From assembly GCA_041673345.1 (NCBI GenBank), contig JBAYXX010000005.1, forward strand, positions 5,929 through 69,928: a stretch of DNA of 64,000 nucleotides. Reading direction: 5' to 3'. Both the position numbers and the translations under genes were made by a program. This stretch comes from Kiritimatiellia bacterium (GTDB lineage: Bacteria; Verrucomicrobiota; Kiritimatiellia; RFP12; UBA1067). The number at the start of each line of letters is the position of its first letter. The first letter of the stretch is position 1. Under the pieces are notes generated by a model. The model saw only the letters and a program-made list of their open reading frames with translations, was not told the origin of the DNA and ran no database searches. Shown one piece after another: positions 27,172 to 34,510 of the stretch.

Positions 27172-27984
27172 TTACTTCTTATTGGGACCCTTTTGTTTGG
27201 CGGCAGCCTCTGCCGCGCGCTTAGCTTTGGCGGCATCTCTTTGGGCGGGAGTCATTTTAGCCTTGTTAGCGCCCGGCTGGTTGGCGCCCTTTTTTTTCAG
27301 GTCAGCTGGCGGAGGTGCTGCCGCCTCTTCCGGCGCGAGGGTGACCTTCTCTCCAAGCTTCAGCTGGCGGGTTGAGCCGTCGCCCAGGCGTAGCGTGGCG
27401 CTCTGCAGGCTAGCGTTCACAATGTTTACACCATGCACGTCGTTGCCCTTATCATAGAAAACCGTGGTTTTGTTGGCTGAGTCATAAAACATAGCAGCCG
27501 CAGTGCCGTCTGGACGCTTGATGAAACCCATGTAGGTCAGCACAGGGGTGATCATTGGCCTGCCGTCGGGGCCAAGGTTCTGGCCAGGGACATTCGCCTT
27601 TTTACGTAGGTGGGCAAAGGGATCCGTTTTCTTGGCATCTGGACTGGAGGTCATGCCTGCTGCCTCTTCTTGAGCCTTTTTAAGAGCCGCGATAAAGGCG
27701 GCGCGCTCAGCGGCATTGGTAAAAATCGCCTCAATAGTTGGGCGGAAAGGGTCCACCGGTATGATCAGAGAGGTGGATGCCAGCTGATTGGAGACAAAAT
27801 CAAGCAGTGTGATCTCCCAGGCTGGGCTTAATTCGGGAGTTTTTTTCTCGCCGACCTGAATCGGAGTGGGTGGTGTGCTGATTTTAAATCCGCAATAGAG
27901 CGTGATCGCAATGCAGATCACCACCATCCAGAGGCAGAAAGCCTTGGCGTTCAGGTGCATGATGCCTTTCCATAGAGTATTCAT
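27172..27984 (-). CDS. PilP/GspC-like periplasmic assembly protein with a Lys/Ala-rich C-terminal tail
   Basis: 270 aa with an N-terminal TM (AFCLWMVVICIAITLYCGF). A beta-rich segment, LTYMGFIKRPDGTAAAMFYDSANKTTVFYDKGNDVHGVNIV...LRLGDGSTRQLKLGEKV, resembles the PilP/GspC HR domain. The tail is KKKGANQPGANKAKMTPAQRDAAKAKRAAEAAAKQKGPNKK. Assignment rests on position and pattern only. Confidence 0.4.
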   Translation of the reverse strand: MNTLWKGIMHLNAKAFCLWMVVICIAITLYCGFKISTPPTPIQVGEKKTPELSPAWEITLLDFVSNQLASTSLIIPVDPFRPTIEAIFTNAAERAAFIAALKKAQEEAAGMTSSPDAKKTDPFAHLRKKANVPGQNLGPDGRPMITPVLTYMGFIKRPDGTAAAMFYDSANKTTVFYDKGNDVHGVNIVNASLQSATLRLGDGSTRQLKLGEKVTLAPEEAAAPPPADLKKKGANQPGANKAKMTPAQRDAAKAKRAAEAAAKQKGPNKK

Positions 27985-27992
27985 AGTTTTTA

Positions 27993-28024
27993 GGGGTTAG
28001 GGGTTAGGGGATAGGGGATAGGGG
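27993..28024 (+). repeat. heptamer microsatellite forming a canonical G-quadruplex motif
   Basis: GGGGTTAGGGGTTAGGGGATAGGGGATAGGGG gives five G4 runs separated by 3-nt loops. It fills the 47-nt spacer between the PilO-like stop (28032) and the PilP-like start (27984). Confidence 0.9.
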
Positions 28025-28031
28025 TTGGAGG

Positions 28032-28790
28032 TTAATCAAAAAGCAGTGCTGAGAGGATGGCTTTCATGCGCAGTTTGGCATCAAAGGTTGGGCCTGACTC
28101 AACACGGAGATTACGAAAAGCAAAGACCTGTCCCTCCTCGAACACCGATTGAAAACCGGTGTAGAGCCGTTCAAAATCAATATCGCACTCAATACGCACC
28201 GGGTATTCAGTGAAAACATACCGCCCATTTTTGTCCCTATGTTCAATCGGCGCGAGTGGATAGATTTCAACCAACCGAGTGATTTGACGGTCCAAGGTTA
28301 GGTCAGCGAGTTTTTCCACTGCTTTGAGCTGCAGCATACGCACGCGAACAGCTGCGCCGCTCTGCAGATCTTCATCCAATCCCAGCTCTTTGGGAACCAG
28401 CGGGATGTTAAGCTCCGCTGATTTCTCTTTGAGGCGCTGTCGAATTTCATAGAGTTGAACCTTGTAGTCAATACGGTTCACCCCAATATCCAGCAGAACC
28501 GACTGATCCTCAAACGAGCTTAGGCGGGCGTTGATGCGAGCCCACTCGTTGGAGAGTTGCTGCAGATTCTGCAGCTCATGCTCCACAACGGCCTGCATAC
28601 TCTCAATTGAGTGGCTCGCGAATTTGCTGCTTGTGAGTTGTTCGCGCACACGTTTATTATCGGCCTCCATGTTGCGCTGCGGGATGAAAACGAATCTGAT
28701 GGTGCAGAAAAGCCCGATCGCGATGAACAGCATAATAAAGATCACCTGCGCACGTTCAGTTTTAAGAATACTCCAATCTGGTTTGATCAT
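28032..28790 (-). CDS. PilO/GspM-like inner-membrane assembly protein
   Basis: 252 aa with a single N-terminal TM (VIFIMLFIAIGLFCTIRFVFI), a coiled-coil region and a C-terminal alpha/beta domain. It overlaps the upstream PilM/N-like gene by 4 nt. Confidence 0.45.
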   Translation of the reverse strand: MIKPDWSILKTERAQVIFIMLFIAIGLFCTIRFVFIPQRNMEADNKRVREQLTSSKFASHSIESMQAVVEHELQNLQQLSNEWARINARLSSFEDQSVLLDIGVNRIDYKVQLYEIRQRLKEKSAELNIPLVPKELGLDEDLQSGAAVRVRMLQLKAVEKLADLTLDRQITRLVEIYPLAPIEHRDKNGRYVFTEYPVRIECDIDFERLYTGFQSVFEEGQVFAFRNLRVESGPTFDAKLRMKAILSALLFD

Positions 28791-30529
28791 GGGCGGTTTA
28801 CCTCGATTTCAATTACAAAACGCCGGAAATCCGGTATCTGCGCTGCTTCCAGCTCTGGAATGCCGACCGGTGCTAAAACCTGGTCATCGCTGCGCAGGTC
28901 AACCCGGGCGATTTCAGGGGAGCTTTTAAGGCGGCTGATCATGTCGCGTACTGTTTTAAGGCTTGGGTTGGGGGTGTATCCCTCAACAATAAAAATTCGA
29001 TCCATTTGTTCTACGATATCTTTTTTTGCCAGTGGCATCTCTTTTTTGCCGGTTGGGGCTGGGGCGGCGGCTACTGGGCGCGTTGCCCTGAAAAGTGAGA
29101 AGGGGTTGCGTGCCGCAGCCGCTACTGGCAGATCTTTGTCAGGCTTATCCTGCTCTTCAGGGTTGTAAATCTTCTCATCACAGAACAGGGTGACCCAGTC
29201 ATCCGGATCAATCGAGGCGCATACTAACGAAAAGATGTCGCGTGCGATCGGCCCGTTCATCAAAAGCCGCCCCAAGGGCAGGGAGTTGGTCAGCACCTGC
29301 GACTCCATCAGCTTGAGTTGCGTGATATGCTGGTCAATCTGCTCCCGGGTACGCAGACGCGACCGTTCAGCAGCGAGCAGGGCACCGTCACGCTGCAATA
29401 AAAAGACCCCTGTGGCGCTGTAAACTCCCATGCCTATGAAAATGAAGATTGCGGCAGCACCCCACCAAGGTTTCTTGGCGCGGAACACGACCTCGTCTTT
29501 CAAGTCCTCCGGCAGAAGTGAAAGCTTTACAATCGCGGCATCTAGCGAGCAGAGTGCCAGACCATAGGCAACATCAAACTGCCCCACATATTTCTGGTAA
29601 GAGGGGGGGATGTTGGGTAGCTCTTTTGCCTCCATAATCTGCATCGGGAGCTTTGTGAGCAGATGCTCCTTAAATCCCTTCAGCCGCGTACCCCCGCCTG
29701 AGATCACCAGCTGGTGAATCTGAAACTGTCGTTCAGAGTACTGACTTCGGAAAACACCCAGGCAGGCGTTGAACTGCGAGAGCCAGCGGTCAGCAGCAGC
29801 GCGTAAGGGAATGCAGCAGGCATCGTCATCCCGTAGTCCGCAGTCCGACTGCTTGCGCACTTCGGCCTGTGTTGCAGGCAGCCCTGTCTCGTGCGAGATC
29901 GCGTCAGTAAAGAGCTTGCCGCCAACACCGATAGTGCGCGCAAAGAGTAACCCGGTTTTATTGCCAATTGCCACATCGCTCTGATGGTGTCCGATATTGA
30001 CGTAACACCACGGCTCCTCATGCTCCCCGGCAAAGGACTCCAGGGCGTTGAAGAGCGCGACCGGGGCGGAGATCAGCTCTGCTGCCCGTAGGTTCATCTG
30101 GGTGGTTTCGTGCAACGCTTTTTCAATTGCGGCAGGGCGCGCCATTGACATTATATAGCGCCGCATACCAGGTTCAAATTCAAGCTCGAAGTCAGCTACG
30201 TCATAGGCCATGAGGTCGCCGGCCATCTCATTGAACTGAGCGATATCCATATCAGCAACTTGTCGTGCAGTGCGTGGGTCGTTGTGGGGGATTTTACCAC
30301 CCTGAAACACAGTTTGGGTTCCGTCCAGAGCGACATTGCAGAAGGCTTTGGCAAGGCTGTGTTTCCCGACCCACTGACGAATCATGTCGGTCGGATTTTC
30401 CTCCTCTGTGGGCAATGCGAATGACTCAACCCGCGCGACATACGGCTTGTTGGCGCGCATCTGCAGCCAGAGCGCACGTAGCGTGTGCGCGCCAGTGTCA
30501 ATCGCTATAATTTGTTTCTGTTTGGCCAT
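28787..30529 (-). CDS. PilM-PilN fusion / GspL-like assembly protein
   Basis: 580 aa. The N-terminal actin-like ATPase fold starts IIAIDTGAHTLRAL and includes VISGGGTRLKG. A TM (WWGAAAIFIFIGMGVYSATGVFLL) and a periplasmic PilN-like C-terminal domain follow. Confidence 0.65.
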   Translation of the reverse strand: MAKQKQIIAIDTGAHTLRALWLQMRANKPYVARVESFALPTEEENPTDMIRQWVGKHSLAKAFCNVALDGTQTVFQGGKIPHNDPRTARQVADMDIAQFNEMAGDLMAYDVADFELEFEPGMRRYIMSMARPAAIEKALHETTQMNLRAAELISAPVALFNALESFAGEHEEPWCYVNIGHHQSDVAIGNKTGLLFARTIGVGGKLFTDAISHETGLPATQAEVRKQSDCGLRDDDACCIPLRAAADRWLSQFNACLGVFRSQYSERQFQIHQLVISGGGTRLKGFKEHLLTKLPMQIMEAKELPNIPPSYQKYVGQFDVAYGLALCSLDAAIVKLSLLPEDLKDEVVFRAKKPWWGAAAIFIFIGMGVYSATGVFLLQRDGALLAAERSRLRTREQIDQHITQLKLMESQVLTNSLPLGRLLMNGPIARDIFSLVCASIDPDDWVTLFCDEKIYNPEEQDKPDKDLPVAAAARNPFSLFRATRPVAAAPAPTGKKEMPLAKKDIVEQMDRIFIVEGYTPNPSLKTVRDMISRLKSSPEIARVDLRSDDQVLAPVGIPELEAAQIPDFRRFVIEIEVNRP

Positions 30530-30561
30530 AAAAAATCGGTTTCGCTAGTCAGTGGTTCAAG

Positions 30562-30603
30562 AGTCAGGAGTCAGGAGTCAGAAGTCAGAATTCAGGAGTC
30601 ACT
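30562..30603. repeat. heptamer tandem repeat (AGTCAGG-like x6) at the secretin / pilM-like junction
   Basis: AGTCAGG AGTCAGG AGTCAGA AGTCAGA ATTCAGG AGTCACT. It overlaps the secretin stop codon at 30599-30601. Confidence 0.85.
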
Positions 30604-32809
30604 CCGCCACAGGTGCGGCGGGCACGGCGGCGGGGGGTACAGCTGGCGCGGCGACCTCGACTGGTGCTTCAGCAGGCACGGCTGCGGGGACTTCGGCTGG
30701 CGCGGCGACGGGCGCGTCAGCGAGAATGGGCTCAATCGCTGGCGCCGCCTGCGCCGGTGTTTCCGCTTGTGCCGGTGTTTCCGCCTGCGCCAGAGACTCT
30801 TCCTTGACCACCAAATCTTCGAGTGGCATTGGCAGAGCACCCTTGAGCACATCAGGTGTGGCGGCATCAGGGGAGACGGCCAGACCGTAGCGGTCGCGCT
30901 CGTTCAGCGGGATCAGCTCTTCGCCCATATCACTGATCAGTGTGGCGGTGACAAAAATCAGCATGTTGTTGGCGGTTTCGTTGTCTTTATCCACCTTGAA
31001 AAGTTGTCCAATAAAGGGTAGTTTGTTCAACCAAGGTGTGCCGGAGGAGGCTTCGGTTTTCAGGGTGTCAACCAATCCGCCCAGTACCACGGTTTCACCG
31101 CTGCGCACGACCGCCTCGGTTTCAATATACTGGCGGCCGATGGTGGGAATTTCGATGGCAGGCTCATCGCCGATATCCTTGCCGCTGTCCAGACTGCTGA
31201 GCCGGTAGCGTTTCCACTCCTCGATGCTGCTGATCTCTGGACGTAACACAAGGTTGATGGTGGAAAGGTCGGCGCCGACACTCGGGGTGACGGTCAGAGA
31301 GTAACCCACCTCCACCACGGTGGGCCGGTTGTAGTTGTAAGTGACATTATCGCGTGATTCGCCGCTGTTGTAACCGCCGCCGCTGGTCATAATATTGGTG
31401 TCAACCTCCTCAAAGTAGGAGACGTCACGCCCAAAACGAAATGTCGCTTCGCGGTTATTCAAGGTTGTCACCCGCGGCACAACCACTGTGCGGCTGTTGC
31501 CGGTCTCCTCTAACGCGTGCAGAGTGGCCTGTAAGCCGGTTTCACCGAGCAGGGTTTGGTACATTCCACCAAAGCCCGCTTCGCCCGCTTTGGCGACATA
31601 GGCGTTTTTGGTGAACTGATTGGGGCTCATATTCTTGATAGAGTCACCGATTTTAAGGATCTCCTCCGGATTGGTTGATAGTGCCTGCATACGCTTGAGC
31701 TGAGCGACAGTATCCCCGCCGCCAGCAGCTCCCCCGAAATCATAGGGGCGCTGCAGCAGCCATTCAATCCCAAGCTCACGCAGGTCATTGACTTTAGTTG
31801 TGATAAACCGAGCTTCAATCAAAATTTGCAGCGGGCGTATGTCCAATGCCGCGATCAGCTCTTCCACCTGGGCCAGGTTTTCGCGGGTGTTTTTGACGAT
31901 CAGGGAGTGGGCTTTGTCATTGAAAACAAAGTCAGCACCCTCAGGCTGCATCACAAAGCGTTCGATCAGCTCCAGCAGGCCGATCGAGCCCTCCTTGGCC
32001 TCGCTGGCTTTGTCGTTGTTGCTTTGGCTGCTGCCCTGCCCGCGCTGTTCCGGCCCTTTGAAGGGAGATTTTCCCGCTGATGTTTTACCCAGTTCGGAGC
32101 CGATCAAACCTTTACGTAGCTTGTAGACCCGGGTCATCAAGGGCACTCCGGTTGTCACCTCCTCTTTGGGGGTAACCCAGATCAGGGAGGTGCCAACCGA
32201 GAACTCAACGTTCAGATTGCGCCCCACATAGTCCAGGATTTCAATCAGGGGGGTATCTTCTGCATGGATCGTCAGCGCCTTTTCGGAGATTTCGCTGTCG
32301 GCAATAATGTTGATGTTTTGTGATTGGCCGATCTGCGCGATGATGGCGTTGATGTCGGCGTTTACAAGGTGCATGCTTACCGGACTGGTTAGTGCTGTCT
32401 GCATCTTAGTGCGCTCGGAGCGCAGGGGGGTGTTCTCTCCGACAACGTTTTTCTGCAGGCGGTAACTCTCGATCGGAAGGCCAAATCTTTTGGCGTCAGC
32501 CGTGTCGAGTTCGGCTGCTGATTCGGCGCGCATCAGCACCTCTTTGCGCCGATCTTCGGCCAGTTGCGCCGCGATGCGCTGCTTGAGCGCAGCCAACCCC
32601 ACGGCGTCTGGACGCTTGCGCGAGATGTCGATCGTGGCGGTGATTGCCTCCTGCATGCGCCCCTGCTCGTAGAGTGTGTCAGCTGCGAGCACCGCCGCAT
32701 CCGGGCGCGGCGGCGCCTCGGGCTTTGGTTCAGGTGCTTTGGTGGTGGTGCAACCTGCCAGCCAGACAAAGGAGCATAGGGTGAGGATATGCTTGGAAGT
32801 AATGTTCAT
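30599..32809 (-). CDS. gspD: secretin (GspD/PilQ family) lipoprotein with a Pro/Ala-rich C-terminal extension
   Basis: 736 aa with lipobox LAGC. Secretin core motifs are VRSGETVVLGGLV...GTPWLNKLPFIGQLFK...NMLIFVTATLI. The tail contains ETPAQAETPAQA (an 18-nt in-frame duplication) followed by a PA-rich stretch. Confidence 0.85.
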   Translation of the reverse strand: MNITSKHILTLCSFVWLAGCTTTKAPEPKPEAPPRPDAAVLAADTLYEQGRMQEAITATIDISRKRPDAVGLAALKQRIAAQLAEDRRKEVLMRAESAAELDTADAKRFGLPIESYRLQKNVVGENTPLRSERTKMQTALTSPVSMHLVNADINAIIAQIGQSQNINIIADSEISEKALTIHAEDTPLIEILDYVGRNLNVEFSVGTSLIWVTPKEEVTTGVPLMTRVYKLRKGLIGSELGKTSAGKSPFKGPEQRGQGSSQSNNDKASEAKEGSIGLLELIERFVMQPEGADFVFNDKAHSLIVKNTRENLAQVEELIAALDIRPLQILIEARFITTKVNDLRELGIEWLLQRPYDFGGAAGGGDTVAQLKRMQALSTNPEEILKIGDSIKNMSPNQFTKNAYVAKAGEAGFGGMYQTLLGETGLQATLHALEETGNSRTVVVPRVTTLNNREATFRFGRDVSYFEEVDTNIMTSGGGYNSGESRDNVTYNYNRPTVVEVGYSLTVTPSVGADLSTINLVLRPEISSIEEWKRYRLSSLDSGKDIGDEPAIEIPTIGRQYIETEAVVRSGETVVLGGLVDTLKTEASSGTPWLNKLPFIGQLFKVDKDNETANNMLIFVTATLISDMGEELIPLNERDRYGLAVSPDAATPDVLKGALPMPLEDLVVKEESLAQAETPAQAETPAQAAPAIEPILADAPVAAPAEVPAAVPAEAPVEVAAPAVPPAAVPAAPVAE

Positions 32810-32875
32810 GTGAGTTTCCTGTTAGTTTATTTTTACAACCACTCAGTGGTTACAAAGAGGAGGTTAAAAGTGTTG

Positions 32876-33739
32876 TCAATTGCGTTTGTCGCCCGGGTGG
32901 ATGGTTCCCTCCCACCAGAGCGGGCCTACAAAAACATTGCCGGCATAGGCGACGTTAAGGGTGATGAAATTTCTGGTGGGTTTTGCGCCTTTGGCGGCAT
33001 ATCCCATAATTTTCATATCTTTAAAATGATGGTAGCAGCGGACAATGGGAATACGGGAGGCACTGTAGGGCATTTTCTCGCCTTTGATCACGTGGGCGGT
33101 GTCACCATAACGCATTTGGGCATGCTTATATTGTGACATAGTTTTTATGTTCGAGGTAACATCTTTCGGGAATTGTGAATTGCTTACCCAGTCCGAAGGC
33201 GCAGTAGCTGCTGAGAATTCATATAAATAGCTACAGGCCGCAATAGCTCTGGAGTTTTCTGGTCTACTGGTGTTTTTTTCGTTGTCCCAGAAGGAAGAGT
33301 CGTTGTCAATTTCGTTCTTACCAACACCATCACTACTTGTCAATGCATCTGGGCGGGGCCTGTCAAAGCCTTTGTTGATATCAGCTGTGCAGACATACAT
33401 TGCACGGTCATCCACATACTCAGGGTAGAGAGTTGAAAGCCAGTCCGGGGTTTCGTTGTCGTGCTCGGCGCGGTAGATGGTCAGAGCGACACCGAACTGC
33501 CGCAGGTTGGATTTGCAGTTGGTTTGGCGGGCACTCTTATAGCTGGACTGCACTGACACCACCAGTGCCGACATCAGAATACTGAGGATCACAATCACCA
33601 CCAAAAGCTCGACCAAGGTGAAGCCCTTGGTTGCGCTAAAGCGTGTTTGGCATGAACTTTGCAGATAATAACAATGCCTGGCACCAGCTGTGAGACGGTG
33701 CGGATTTTTTCGGTTTTTGGTTTGGTCACCCATAGACAT
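32876..33739 (-). CDS. prepilin-type N-terminal cleavage/methylation domain protein (PVC-style pilin-like, long leader)
   Basis: 287 aa with signal TKG|FTLVELLVVIVILSILMSALV and Glu+5, after a leader of about 37 aa. It is separated from the secretin gene by 66 nt. Confidence 0.7.
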   Translation of the reverse strand: MSMGDQTKNRKNPHRLTAGARHCYYLQSSCQTRFSATKGFTLVELLVVIVILSILMSALVVSVQSSYKSARQTNCKSNLRQFGVALTIYRAEHDNETPDWLSTLYPEYVDDRAMYVCTADINKGFDRPRPDALTSSDGVGKNEIDNDSSFWDNEKNTSRPENSRAIAACSYLYEFSAATAPSDWVSNSQFPKDVTSNIKTMSQYKHAQMRYGDTAHVIKGEKMPYSASRIPIVRCYHHFKDMKIMGYAAKGAKPTRNFITLNVAYAGNVFVGPLWWEGTIHPGDKRN

Positions 33740-33965
33740 AATAAATAGCAGAAATCGTGCCTTCCTGTAAACAGCGAAGTTTTATTAGTTTAGGTTGAAA
33801 AAAACAGCATGTGGGCTTTTTGTGTGCGTACAAAAGTCCACAGTTCGTCTATTGGTTTAATTGTTCGGGTGTGTTATGGTAGATGCAATTGGTTCGCACA
33901 CTGAGCGCAGAGGTCGTCTGCACCTCCAATAGTGGAATGTGGGATGTGGAAAGCGGGATGTAATT

Positions 33966-34109
33966 TCCGTCCACCGCATAGCGGCGGACATACTGACAGC
34001 GACACAGTATATCCGCCGCTATGCGGTGGATGAATGCGACACAGTATATCCGCCGCTATGCGGTGGATGAATGCGACACAGTATATCCGCCGCTATGCGG
34101 TGGATGAAT
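33966..34109. repeat. REP-B array: one inverted copy plus three perfect 37-bp head-to-tail units
   Basis: TCCGTCCACCGCATAGCGGCGGACA is followed by (GCGACACAGTATATCCGCCGCTATGCGGTGGATGAAT) x3 at 33999, 34036 and 34073. Confidence 0.9.
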
Positions 34110-34178
34110 GCGACACAAGCTGCATGAAGACCTGATAGACAATTTTTTGGAAAGAACAATTAATTGTGCGATAGCAAC

Positions 34179-34201
34179 GTAGGTCCGATTTCTAATCGGA
34201 C
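34179..34201. repeat. solitary REP-D copy
   Basis: GTAGGTCCGATTTCTAATCGGAC. Confidence 0.75.
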
Positions 34202-34220
34202 AGCTACTGAGTTCGGCTGC

Positions 34221-34464
34221 GCCGTCGGTTGACGATAGCGGCGACGATGCTGGTGGACGATTTTTTAGATCGCGGATTTTGAATCGTAATCCGCTATCGT
34301 CGTACAGCATCGTCGGTCGAAGCCGCTCTACGAGCGGCATTGCGCTCGGTTGACGATAGCGGCGACGATGCTGGTGAACGATTTTTTAAATCGCGGAGTT
34401 TTGAATCGTAATCCGCTATCGTCGCACTGCATCGTCGGCCGATGCCGTTCTCAGAACGGCATTG
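34221..34464. repeat. two tandem copies of a ~121-bp structured module
   Basis: GGTTGACGATAGCGGCGACGATGCTGGTGRACGATTTTTTARATCGCGGAKTTTGAATCGTAATCCGCTATCGTCG...CATCGTCGG...GCCGYTCTNNGARCGGCATTG occurs twice, offset by 121 bp. GACGATAGCGG and CCGCTATCGTC can close a long stem. Confidence 0.85.
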
Positions 34465-34510
34465 TGTAACAGTCTCGTGAAAAGCGCGTTTTATGGTATA
34501 TGGAGATTTT

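Noticed and set aside
16880-28031. Telomere-like CCCTAA / TTAGGG motifs at 16899-16935, 25240-25270 and 27993-28024.
   Set aside because: They are short, internal and embedded between bacterial genes, so they are not telomeres. The two G-run arrays are reported as G-quadruplex candidates instead. The 25240-25270 stretch has too few G-runs.
30552-30890. ORFs overlapping the secretin 3' end (30552..30890 +, 30592..30867 -, 30613..30807 +).
   Set aside because: They are alternative-frame readings of the Pro/Ala-rich low-complexity tail and the heptamer repeat. The secretin frame is continuous and has clear family motifs.
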